Assembly (NCBI RefSeq): GCF_001194135.2
Contig: NC_068984.1
Coordinates: 120,413,801 to 120,477,800, forward strand
Source: Octopus bimaculoides
Taxonomy: Eukaryota
Direction: 5' to 3'
DNA length: 64,000 bases
The position numbers and the translations under genes were made by a program. The notes under the pieces are model-generated. The model worked only from the letters and a program-made list of their open reading frames with translations. It did not search any database and had not been told where the DNA came from. Of the stretch, positions 40,150-52,737 are shown piece after piece; the first letter of the stretch is position 1, and each line of letters opens with the position of its first letter.

Positions 40150-40340
40150 ATATATATATATAAATATATAAAAGACAGGCTTCTTTCAGTTTTCATTTCC
40201 TTAATCCATTTACAAGGCTTTGGTCAGCCTGGGCTATTGTAGAAGACACTTGACCAGGTACCACACAGCCCAACTGAAACCAGAACCCAGAACCACATGG
40301 TTGGGATGTAAACTATTTACCACACTACCATGCCTGCGCC
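40150..40340 (-). mobile_element. Family A SINE 5' half
   Basis: gacaggcttctttcagttt...ccacactaccatgcctgcgcc. Confidence 0.8.
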
Positions 40341-40696
40341 TAGTGTATGTATGTTTGTGTGTGTATATATATGTATCATCATCATCATTTTGTGTCTGCT
40401 TTCCATGCTAGCATAGATTAGACTGTTTGATTGAAACTGGTAAGCTGGAGAGCTGCCCCAAGTCTGATTTGGTATGGTCTCCAAGAGTGTAATGGATGCA
40501 TTTGACGTGATACCAGCATGGGTGTCAGTTATGTGACACTGGCGTTGGCTATGGCTACAGTCCCACTTGGCTTGATGAGTCTTTTTCAAGCACAGCATAT
40601 TGCCAAAGGCTTTCGTCACTTGTCATCACCTCCGTGAGGCCCCGCTCAAGCTAGCATGGAAGGCGGATCTTAAATGGTGATGATGATAATATATAT

Positions 40697-40733
<37 letters not shown>

Positions 40734-41642
40734 CCAAAAGCTATCAGATATTATTTTCTCTTAATGTTTAAGCATAAATAAACCTTAGGACTTGTCCAAG
40801 CTTTCAGTTTTATGATTTTCTTCTCATATGAACGTATTATCTGGAGCATCACAGATTATTAACAATAGGTATCATGAGGTTAATTTCAATAATTGGTAAA
40901 TATTCTTCTATAGCTAATAATTTACATCTTGTATTCAAAGTGACTCCCACAACACATTGCTTTGCATTACTGATGCATGAATATGTATCAGTATGTTGGT
41001 CACTGGAAAAATATATTTGAATATTCTAATAATCATTCTAAATGAGGATTTGAGTAGCCTTGTTTTGCTAATTAATGTGTATTTTGAAACTCAAATGAAG
41101 TTGTAGAGAAAAAAATATTTAAAAATGATAAAATCATAAATTTTCCTACATTGTTCTTAGCAAATGATTAGACTCATACTAGGCATAGAGAATATATTAT
41201 ATTAATTAGCTAAGCACTCAATGATTCAGTCTGATAATAGTTAAATTATAAATCTCTTTATAAATTGAACTTCTTAAAATTTTTAACATTCGAATCTTAA
41301 CGATGTTTTATTTCAAAATTCTGATTGCAGTTAGGATTCTGTTTCCATGACAATTCACTAGTAGACAGGATTATTATTATTATTTTGTTTTTTACGAGAC
41401 ACATGAAGATTACTTAAATTTCTATGACAGAACTAATTATGTGTCTTGGCACTGAAATCTGCACCATTGTAGACATTAATTTAAAGCATGAATCAGATAC
41501 CTGTAATCAGTTAGTGCAAATGAGTAAGAAGCCATTCCTTATTATTTACATTTACCATGCAGACACACTAAATAGTTTCACCTACTATAGTATCTCTAAT
41601 GAGCAATGAATGGTATGACAGTCTAATTTTCAAGTTACAGAA

Positions 41643-41880
41643 TATGGGGTGTCCATAAACTACATTTATAATTTTCAAAATTCAGAGAAAAGTAAAAACT
41701 AAGTATAACTCAGCAGAGTTTACTGGAAAACATAGGCAAACAAATAAATTTTGATTAGAAACATCAGAACACTTCCACACAGGCTCCATTAGATGCAAAG
41801 AAATTGATCGATGGATCTCAATGTTAATAGACACAATAAATTGTGGCAGTTGTAAAGATAATTTATGAACACTCTGCATA
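41643..41880. mobile_element. Degraded Tc1/mariner-like element
   Basis: Imperfect TIR ggggtgtccataa / ttatgaacactctg; the interior resembles a decayed transposase C-terminus (EIDRW..ML). Confidence 0.4.
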
Positions 41881-41904
41881 TGTCTTCATTTGTTATCATC
41901 TAGT

Positions 41905-42225
41905 TTTTAGTGAGATGTGTGGCTTAATGGTTATGGTATCCAGTTCATGATTGTAAGGTCATGAGTTCGATTCCTTGCAGTGTGTTGTGTCCTTGAGTCA
42001 GACACTTTATTTCACATTGCTCCAATTCATTCAGCTGGCAAAGATGAGTAGTACTTGTATTTCAAAGGGACCAGCCTTGTCACATTCTGTGTCATGCTGA
42101 ATCTCCCTCAGAACTATGTTAAGGGTACATGTGTAGCCACTTGCATGTTAATTTCATGAGCAGGCTGTTCTGTTGTTTGAATCAACTGGAACCCTTGTCA
42201 TTGTAACTGATGGAGTGCCAGTATC
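41905..42225 (+). mobile_element. Family F SINE, tail variant 2
   Basis: tggcttaatggtta A box, gagttcgattcc B box, gtgtccttgagtcagacactttatttcac core, tail ending gatggagtgccagt. Confidence 0.82.
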
Positions 42226-42227
42226 AT

Positions 42228-42470
42228 CTCATCATCATCATCATCATCATCGTTTAACGTCCACTTTCCATGCTAGCATGGGCTGGCCGATTTGACTGAG
42301 GACTGGTGAACCAGATGGCTACACCAGGCTCCAATCTGATTTGGCAGAGTTTCTACAGCTGGATGCCCTTTCTAACGCCAACCACTCCGAGAGTGTAGTG
42401 GGCGCTTTTACGTGCCACTGGCACAAAGGCCAGTCAGGTGGTACTGGCAACGGCCACGCTCAAAATAGTG
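42228..42470 (-). mobile_element. RTE-type tail, young
   Basis: (cat)n cgtttaacgtccactttccatgctagc...ggcaacggccacgctcaaaat; closely matches 35348-35710. Confidence 0.88.
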
Positions 42471-44379
42471 TATTCCTGAAATGATCAAGATATTATAGTG
42501 ACTGTTTATAACTCTGGAAAGATGAACATTCTAAATACATTCGGGGATGGTGGGGTAGTTCTACTGTTTCTTTTGTTCTATATTTTAATTAATCATTTTT
42601 CTTCTAAATTTTGGTATTTGTTCCCTGTAACAGCAACAAGAATAACTTTTGTCACTGTAATATTGCAATTATTAAATTAAGCATTCCTGGGAATACTTAA
42701 TTTTAGGAAGTAGAAATAGATATATAAGTGCAGAGATGGTTGAGTTGTTAAAATGCTTGCTTCACAATCACATGGTTTCGGATTCAGTTCCATTATGCTA
42801 TGCAACACCATGGTCAAGTGTCTCCTACTATAGATCTGGACTGACCAATGCCTTGTCAGTGAATTTTGCTGATGGAAATCGTTGTATGTGTGTGTATACA
42901 TACGTATGTACGTATGTATAAAGTACATTAGTTACACAAACTACAAAAAAATGTATATATGTATATACAGACTTATGCAGAATAGTAACAATATAAAGAA
43001 TTAAAGGGGATGAGGAACAATATTACAAATCCAACAGCTGTTTCTGGGGGTTCGGTGGTCCATAATAATGTTTGTAGCCTCCATCTTCAGGGAAAAAGAT
43101 CTTACATTTGAGGTGTTAAAGGAAAGAAGTTCAAAGATGGGGTGTGTATGTGTGTGTTTGTATTTCTTCCCCAAACATTGCTTGATAGCCAGCGTTGGTT
43201 TGTTTACATCCTTATCAATTAGCTGTTTAATAGAACAAACAAATAGAATGAGTATTGGGTTCAATTCATTCAGCTAAATCTTGCAAGGCAGTGCTCCAGC
43301 ATGCCTGGAACAAGTAAATGATAAAATATAAAGATATAAAACAGTTTTTAAAATGTTGTGATTTGAGATGACTAATTATATTTTCTTTTGAATTGATTTA
43401 CATTCAAGGTCATTAAAAAAAGTGATAGTGCTTGTTAATTAAAAAACAAAAAACTACCAAAACAAACAAACTGAAAATAAAAAAAAAAAACAGCAACTAG
43501 AAAATTATCTAACCCTTTAGCATTCAAATTACTTTGTCAAATGTAATGCTTATTTATTCATATTGTTTTGAATTAATTATGCATTATCTTGTAGCTTTAA
43601 TATTTTGATTAAGTGATAGTTTATTTTTAGAATGTCATTGAGAGGCCAGATCTGCCTGGTCTGAACATAAAACAGGTACGATATTTGGGCCAGATATGGC
43701 CAGTTTAAGTGCTAAAGGGTTAAACTGTAAATAGACTTCATTCTGCTTATTTTTTTAATGTATTTTCTCGAAGTGATTTTTTTCGTCTTTGTGTTATGGA
43801 AATTAAATGATTCTGATATGTTTATTATCTATTAGATATGCATCATTGTATATGAGAGTATCATCATTATTATTCTATGTCTTACTTTCCATGCTGGCAT
43901 AGGTTGGATGGATTTTATTATTCGTTGCAGTGGGTTTCATTCGGTACACATAGCAAGAGTTATGTGTATTGGGTGCTTTTTATTATACCAGCAGCACTGG
44001 AGAACTTGTCTCATGTGGGAGGATTAAACCATCTCTCTACTTTATGTCAATTTTTCTTTAGTGTCACTACCCTCCTAGACCAGTGACCTGTGATGTGGTA
44101 TGCAGAGCCCACATAATCCTCTTTGCTTTTGATAGGGTTTCTGCAACTAGATGACCTTCCTGTCACCAAGTACTTTACAACAGTGATCCTGCATCATGAA
44201 CCAGTTTCATGTATGACAATTATTCCAGAGACCAGGATTTCATGCTGTGTACATAACAAAACACAAAGTGTAATATAATATGTCAAAGTGTATAATATGT
44301 CAATGAGATGAGCTGCAGAAAGATGTGTCGCACGAAAGATGCCCACACTAATAATATCAATGATTAATAATAAAAATAA

Positions 44380-44858
44380 TCCTTTCTACTAAAGGCACAA
44401 GGCCTGAAATTTTGGGTGAGTTGGATAGTTGATTAGATCGACCTCAGTATTTGACTGGTACCTCTTTCATTGACCCTGAAAGGATGAAAGGCAAAGTCAA
44501 TCTTAGCGGAATTTGAACTCAGAATGTGAAGACAGACAAAATGCCACTAAGCAGTTTGCTAATGATTCTGCCAGTTCACTGCCTTAATAATAATGATAGC
44601 AGTAGTAGTAGTAGTAGTAGTAGTAGTAATAATGGTTTCAAATTTTGGCACAAGGCCAGTAAGTTCGGGGGGTGGGGTGATAATCGATTATATTGACCCC
44701 AGTACTTGATTGGTACTTATATTATCAACCCTAAAAAGATGAAAGGCAAAGTCAACCTCAGTAGAATTTGAACTTAGAACGTAAAGATGGACAAGACGTT
44801 GTTAAGCATTTTGCCTGGTGTGGTAACGATTCTGCCAGCCTGCACCCTAATAGTGGTA

Positions 44859-44899
<41 letters not shown>

Positions 44900-45123
44900 T
44901 GTAATTCTTTCTTCTAAAGGCACAAAGCCTGAAACTTTGGGGAAGGGGACTAGTTGATTACATCGACCCCAGTACTCAACTGGTACTTATTTTACCAACC
45001 CTGAGAGGATGAAAGGCAGTCAACCATGGTGGAATTTGAACTCGGAACATAAAGATGGATAAGATATTGCTGAGCAATTTGCCTGGTGTGCTAACGGTTC
45101 TGCCAGCTCGCTGCCTTAATAAT

Positions 45124-45181
<58 letters not shown>

Positions 45182-45260
45182 GTTTCTGATTTAGCTATAA
45201 GTCAAGCAATTTTGGTGTGATAGGGTTGGTCAATATAATCAACTCCAATGTTTGACTGTT
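44380..45260 (-). mobile_element. Tandem cluster of family E SINEs (three full, one partial) separated by (AAT)n/(AGT)n
   Basis: Copies at about 44380-44585, 44635-44850, 44905-45118, 45181-45260, each with ggcacaa..cc, ggatgaaaggc, gaatttgaact, ctgccag. Confidence 0.88.
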
Positions 45261-45529
45261 ACTTTATTTCATCATAATTATTAAGAAAATTAAGGATCTT
45301 GAAATTGAAATAAATAGGGTATGGGACATGATGACAGTAAAAAAAAATAAAAGTACCGGTAATAATTGAATGATTGGGTATGATAAAAAAAATATGAACA
45401 GAAACAAAAGTCAGACCAGTGTTTGCAAGGTTATACTTACACACAGTCAAAAAAAAAAAAAAATGGCCCTGCTAAACACACCCTCATCCTGCATTAGGTA
45501 CTTACGATTCAATGACGGTACACTTTCTG

Positions 45530-45890
45530 CACACAACACATACCTTATACACTAACCACCCAATAATGTAGCAGTACATGCAACACATACACTTAAGAAT
45601 CGACACCAAGTAATATAACACAGCACATACTCTACGCAATCAATACCCAATAAAACATCCTAATACATACTCTTACATAATCAATACCCGAAACTATAAC
45701 ACCAACAAATCATATAATTCACATTCTACGCAATTACCACCCAATAAATATGATAACACACCTACGCTGCACATAGCCTACACGATCAACACCCAGCGCT
45801 AAAACACACAACACCAATCACACCGTCATACGACGATGCAGACACCACCCAGCTGAATGATACAACCCACATTGCACGTACACTGCACAA
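45530..45890. repeat. Degenerate A/C-rich minisatellite-like array (40-56 bp period)
   Basis: Eight recurrences of cacat(a)c..tac.ca.tca..accca at 45537, 45584, 45624, 45664, 45720, 45770, 45819, 45868. Confidence 0.55.
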
Positions 45891-46015
45891 CAGAGAGAAC
45901 ATTAAAAAAAGTGATGTCAGGAGAAACAGAAAGAACGATAAACCAAAACAAATCTCATGAAAATGCAAAAACCGACGTAGTTTGCAAACATTATTCTACA
46001 TCCTAGAAAGCAACA

Positions 46016-46053
<38 letters not shown>

Positions 46054-46345
46054 GCACATATATACACAGTCACATGCATATATGTACACAGACACATACA
46101 CACATAAGAACAATGCGATGCCCCTGGTGGTGCAATAGGGACCTGCATAAAACTGTTGCAAACATAATAATAATAATAGTAATAAAAATAATAAGAGGAA
46201 TGTTCATTTTAAAAAAATGTAAATTAAAAAATCTAATTTGTTATAGTACATGGAGTGGATAACCATTTCCTTTTAATGAGGTGTAGAACTGGAAAAAAAA
46301 TTATCTATTTATCTATCTTTCTATACATATAATTTTTCAAATTTT

Positions 46346-46396
<51 letters not shown>

Positions 46397-46577
46397 TCCT
46401 TCTTTTCTCTCTCTCCTCCTTCTCTCTCCCCCCTCTCTCTCCACACACATGCATTCTTCTATTCTTTTATTTCAGTCATTAGATTGACCATTCTGGGGCA
46501 CCACCTTGAAGTTGAACAAATTACCCCCAGTACTTACTATTTTTACAGTTATACATATACACCCATTATTCTTCATT

Positions 46578-46622
<45 letters not shown>

Positions 46623-47146
46623 GCATGTGTGTGGGGAATATATATATAAGTTGGCAATTATATTATATTTGAGTTTCTCTTATATAATTNNNNNNNNNNT
46701 ATATATATAAATATATATTGATGATGATGATGATGATGATGTAGTGTTATACAAACTTTTAGTTGGGTGGCTAGAATCAGCAGTTTTGACGATCTGCATA
46801 TTATTAAAGTTTACTATCAATTTAACATTTGCTTTTAGCTAATTAATTAATTGTCTTTTCCAGTAGATTCAGTGATGATCATCAAGTGGAGACTGAGCAA
46901 GTAAAACTAAAAACTCAGCATGATAATTAGTTTCTTTTTGCAATCATTGTTAGTTTTAACATGGATTATTGTAATTAGCCATTTCTATACCAACTCATCT
47001 GAGACCTTTCTGGTCTTGTTTCCTAGTCCATAATTAAATGACCCCCACCCCTAATTCTATGTAAGAATTTTTTGTTGTTTTGCCATTAGGCTGAGGTGCC
47101 ATGCTAGGGCACCCTTTGAACAAGACAACCCTAGTACTTATTTTTA

Positions 47147-47267
47147 TCGGGTTCAGTCCCACTGCGTGGCACGTTGGGTAAGTGTCTTCTACTATAGCCT
47201 TGGGCCGACCAAAGCCTTGTGAGTGGACTTGGTAGACGAAAACTGAAAGAAGCCCATCGTATATATA

Positions 47268-47312
<45 letters not shown>

Positions 47313-47490
47313 GTGTGTGTTTGTGTGTCTGTGTTTGTCCCCCCACCATCGCTTGACAACCGATGGTGGTGTGTTTATGTCCCTGTAACTTAGCGGTTTG
47401 GCAAAAGAGACCGATAGAATAAGTACTAGGCTTCCAAAGAATAAGTCCTGGGGTCGATTTGCTTGACTAAAACAAGTAAAAGAGTAAAAG
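47147..47490 (+). mobile_element. Family A SINE, young, 5'-truncated
   Basis: Nearly all CpGs intact; shares diagnostic ggcttccaaagaataagt with the 16916 copy. Confidence 0.92.
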
Positions 47491-47837
47491 AGAAATATAG
47501 AAGCTGTGTGTTTTTCATAAGAAATATGGTTACAGAAGTTTTAAAACACATATCATCTATGTACTTAGTTCAATAGAAAATGCTAGAAGCATTTAAACAA
47601 TCTAACTCCTGACTAAACTTTTCCTGTGTTCCCTGCAACAGAATCGATAAGAAATTTTATTATCTCTAACAAAATGAAAAGCAGCAATAAAATGAAATAC
47701 AAATAAATATATAAAATAAAAAATAACAAAATTAAACAATAAATCCTTCATAAATGTGTATGTTTGCGAACTTGTTTCTTCTAACTTGCTTCTCCGAGTC
47801 CCTCTCTTGTGTGCATTACATTGTGATAGAAAGATGA

Positions 47838-48032
47838 TATCATATTTGATGTTACATAAGATGCACTTTTCACCCCCTGAGAAAAGTGACTCAAAAATCC
47901 TCCCCTGGTCCTATATGTGAAGTTAGGCCTCTTATAGGCTGATTTTGCCCCTAAGATGGCATTGAAAATGCATTGTTGAAATTGAGGTGCATATATTATG
48001 CCTGTACATCTTTTATAACATCAAACGCAGTA
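47838..48032. mobile_element. Tc1/pogo-like MITE
   Basis: TIR tttgatgttacataagatgcac versus gtacatcttttataacatcaaa (3 mismatches), TA at the ends. Confidence 0.65.
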
Positions 48033-48737
48033 AATAGCCTCTACATGTATTGAGTACTTTCTTCTCCAACTTGTGCACCCAAACATAACATCAAATATCT
48101 GTCTGGCTGTCTGCTTGTCCATCCATCTATCTATCTATCTATCTATCAATGTCTCCCCCCCCTCTCTATATTCATATCTATGTTCTCTATATATATAATG
48201 GGAAAATACATTGTAAAAAAAAATCTACAATTTTATTAATATATTTCATTGTTAATGTAACTCACTTTACGTGATACAAATTCTTTTGCGTATATTCAAT
48301 TATGAGAAAGAACAATTAGTGACTTGATATATCTATTTTGTTCTTAAAACTGACCATTACTTAGAACCTGCTAGAAAATTTGGCAAATTGATAATGGAAA
48401 ATCTGTAAGCTGTGAAAACTTTACAGCGCAATTTGTTACGACTTAATTTTCCTTACTTTTTGGGGGTCTCTTCCTCCTAATCCCTTGTGTTATATGGAGA
48501 ATTGCAATAAAATGATTATCAACGAAAGTGTACATATATTATGGTTGTATATATGTGTATGTATAGGTGCGTTTATGTGTGTGTTCTGATTATTTCTTGA
48601 GAAATGACTTCAATATAAGAAATAAGATGAAATTGTTTCAATAATTAATATTTAGGTAATGCCCCCACTGGTCTTACCATGTGTTACGACAATTTCCCCT
48701 TTTTTTGACGTGCAGTTTATATGGGCAGCGTATATGC

Positions 48738-48784
<47 letters not shown>

Positions 48785-50291
48785 TACATGCATCTAAACA
48801 AAATGGAAAAAATATGCAAATATGAACTATATTCTAATTAGTCCTTCTTTATATCTATATCTATATCTATATATATGTGTGTCTGTTTGCTTCTGTGTGC
48901 GTATGTATGTGTGTGTGTGTATTTATGTATGTTTGTATTTGTATGTATTGGTGCTGTTGTCGGTGTCTCCTTGTCTTGACATTGTGTGATAGTTGTAAGC
49001 AAGTGTCATCATAGAAGTGGCATTGTGCATTTCCTATCTTCCATGAAAAGCTGTCTGGCTAAGGGGTAAAAATGTACCTTGCTGGAAACACTGGAGTGTT
49101 GGTAGCAGAAAGAGCATCCAACACTAGAAAACCTACCTCTGAATTCCCTCTGACCCATGGAAACATGAAAAAGTGAAAACAACAACAACAACAATAATAA
49201 TGATGATGATGATATATATGTATAGATATGAAGTACTGAATGTAAATAGTTTATAAGTCTTATAGTTTAGTTATCAGGCAATTGCATTTTAAAATTTGCT
49301 CCTTAATTGTAGGAAGAAAAGGTTTGTTTCTTTTGCAAAATCTCCCTTCTAAATTGTCATAGATAACCATAACATTGTTAGTTCTTTTGTAGGTTCTGAC
49401 ATGCACGCAAAAATAAATTCACCATTTTTTAGAGAAGTTTCTTTGCAGTGAGTGATCATTACAATAATATTATGATAATATAATATTATTATAAATATTA
49501 ATAGTTATAATAATATTATTATTATAGTTATAATAATATTTCTAAAATATGACTCCTGTCATTGATTGACAACTTTTGACATTAATAGTGGTTGTTTTTT
49601 AGCCCCTCCCCTAAGACAGCCCTGATTGAGCAAACCTATAATCAAAAGTGTTCCAGACATGACTATCCCATCTTATTACTTGGTATTGAATATATTTTTC
49701 ACTGTACCTCATTTGTTTTTCTTTTTCTTAAGACAGTAGGATGTAATTTGAGAGATATTGACTGCTATTTCTAACTGGTCAAGGTATCATGTAGCATTTC
49801 ATTCATAGTGTGTGTCTGTGTCTGTGTGTGGAGGGAATTTTTCTTTTTTATTGGTTTATCTGGGGAGTGGGAAGAGCAGTTTTCATAGGTCTTATTTTTG
49901 TGTAAAGGTCAAGGGTTCTCCAACTAGGTAGATAGATAAAGATAACTTGAAGGGATTAATGCAACTAATGTTTTAATTTCAGTTGTTTGAAATTAGTGGG
50001 TGAAAAGCAAAATGTTCACAGAAAGGAAGCTTCTGGAAGGTGCTGTTATAAAACAGAAGGGTTGGATGAGACTTGAAATATTAGGTCTGGCAGTTAAGAA
50101 AATCTTGGATATCTGTTACTAATTATTATTCTAATTATGAATATAATAATTCACAATTTTATTTCTGAGTGATGATGATGATGATGATGTTTAAATGTTA
50201 TTGTATTGATTTCCTTTTTTACTTTATAAAGGAGTTTCGCATGATTAAAGAAATATATTTGTGTTTACTTTTAATAAAAGAAAAGAATGGA

Positions 50292-50294
<3 letters not shown>

Positions 50295-50357
<63 letters not shown>

Positions 50358-50372
50358 AATAGAAAGAGAGAG
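50295..50372. repeat. (AG)n microsatellite
   Basis: Directly visible. Confidence 0.95.
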
Positions 50373-50563
50373 AATGACCATTTTGTTCAAGTAGACAGTA
50401 AATTGTTAGTCTGAAAATTTTGTTGAGTCATGCTATATATCCAGAACTTTGTTATTGCTTTTGAAAATAAAAAAAAAATGTACTGAGTATTGCAGCATTA
50501 GTCCTTGTTTCCAGAACTGCATAGAAAATGAGTTGATCAATAAATATATGATGATGACCATGA

Positions 50564-50894
50564 CGATGATGACGATGGTGATTAACATCATCAATACAGT
50601 GTCGTTCATGTAAGTTGTTGCTGGCAGATGTGAGATACACACAGCAGTGGCAACCAGCCGAGATGCGGATGTTGTGGAGAAGTACATTCAGCTGATACTA
50701 TATGCAATATCATCTCTCTCTTAGCAGTGATGAATGCAGTGTTGGTTTGGACAGCTGGCTAACAGGGGCTACTCGGCTACTTAAATTTGTTGACCAATAT
50801 ATATATTTATATATATACGTATGTTCGCTAATATCTCTTGAGCTTTTTTTCTTTTCACCGGTGGGTGGGGGGAAAGAACAAATAATGTGTAAGT
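50564..50894 (+). promoter_or_regulatory. CpG-enriched unique island, possible first exon or regulatory element
   Basis: Nine CG dinucleotides within 300 bp of non-repeat DNA, two perfect GTAAGT donors (50610, 50889), upstream (AG)n. Confidence 0.3.
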
Positions 50895-52307
50895 AATATC
50901 TAATGAATTCCAATTTTTTTTTTTTTTTAATTTCATGTAATATAATTTTATTTTATTTAATTCAATATTTTAAAATTGATTATATTTTTTTTATATATAA
51001 AAAAAAAAAATTATTAACTTCTCTTTTGCAGTTAGCCAAGGTAGCAGTCAATCAGATGGGCTCTTACATNNNNNNNNNNNNNNNNNNNNNNNNNNNNNNN
51101 NNNNNNNNNNNNNNNNNNNNNNNNNNNNNNNNNNNNNNNNNNNNNNNNNNNNNNNNNNNNNNNNNNNNNNNNNNNNNNNNNNNNNNNNNNNNNNNNNNNN
51201 NNNNNNNNNNNNNNNNNNNNNNNNNNNNNNNNNNNNNNNNNNNNNNNNNNNNNNNNNNNNNNNNNNNNNNNNNNNNNNNNNNNNNNNNNNNNNNNNNNNN
51301 NNNNNNNNNNNNNNNNNNNNNNNNNNNNNNNNNNNNNNNNNNNNNNNNNNNNNNNNNNNNNNNNNNNNNNNNNNNNNNNNNNNNNNNNNNNNNNNNNNNN
51401 NNNNNNNNNNNNNNNNNNNNNNNNNNNNNNNNNNNNNNNNNNNNNNNNNNNNNNNNNNNNNNNNNNNNNNNNNNNNNNNNNNNNNNNNNNNNNNNNNNNN
51501 NNNNNNNNNNNNNNNNNNNNNNNNNNNNNNNNNNNNNNNNNNNNNNNNNNNNNNNNNNNNNNNNNNNNNNNNNNNNNNNNNNNNNNNNNNNNNNNNNNNN
51601 NNNNNNNNNNNNNNNNNNNNNNNNNNNNNNNNNNNNNNNNNNNNNNNNNNNNNNNNNNNNNNNNNNNNNNNNNNNNNNNNNNNNNNNNNNNNNNNNNNNN
51701 NNNNNNNNNNNNNNNNNNNNNNNNNNNNNNNNNNNNNNNNNNNNNNNNNNNNNNNNNNNNNNNNNNNNNNNNNNNNNNNNNNNNNNNNNNNNNNNNNNNN
51801 NNNNNNNNNNNNNNNNNNNNNNNNNNNNNNNNNNNNNNNNNNNNNNNNNNNNNNNNNNNNNTTTTTTTACTGTTGTGAATAAACCAGATATGCCTTCTTT
51901 AAATATTTATGCCAAATATTTTTTACACTCAAAATATTAAAAGAAAATGATAATAAAAACAATAAAAGCGAAAAAAAAAAAATATATTTGTATTTGCATG
52001 TCCACATGTATGTGTGTGAATGTCTGTGTATATGGTTATCTGTATGTGTGTGTATATGTTTATGTATGTGTCTGTGTGTTTGTGCATATGCATATATGTA
52101 GGTATATGTATGTATGCATGTATATATATATATACATGTACAGTATGTGTGTATATATTTTTGTGTGAGTTTATATATGTGTGTATATGTATATTTACAC
52201 ATATGTGAATGTGTTTGTGTGTCTGGGAGTGTATACATGCTTATATACATCTGAATACATATGCATATGTATGTCTGTACATATATATTTATACATATTC
52301 ATATGCG

Positions 52308-52339
<32 letters not shown>

Positions 52340-52507
52340 TATACATGCACATTCACACAGGTGTATATAAATACATATATATTTAGATACGTATATGTGT
52401 GTGCATGTGTGTATGTATAGATGTTTGTGTTTATATATATTTCGGTTAATATGCATATATATATATTTATGTATATGCTTAGATATATGCATAAATGTAC
52501 ATATATA

Positions 52508-52599
<92 letters not shown>

Positions 52600-52658
52600 T
52601 GTACACATATACAAGTACATATACATGCGTATATGTGTATGTGTATACACACACATAA

Positions 52659-52734
<76 letters not shown>

Positions 52735-52737
<3 letters not shown>

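Noticed and set aside
45462-45555. MALLNTPSSCIRYLRFNDGTL resembling a Penelope RT YxRYxDD motif
   Set aside because: Only a loose match, no flanking RT motifs, stop soon after
45530-45890. CRISPR-like repeat-spacer appearance
   Set aside because: Repeats too divergent, not palindromic, eukaryotic context, no cas genes
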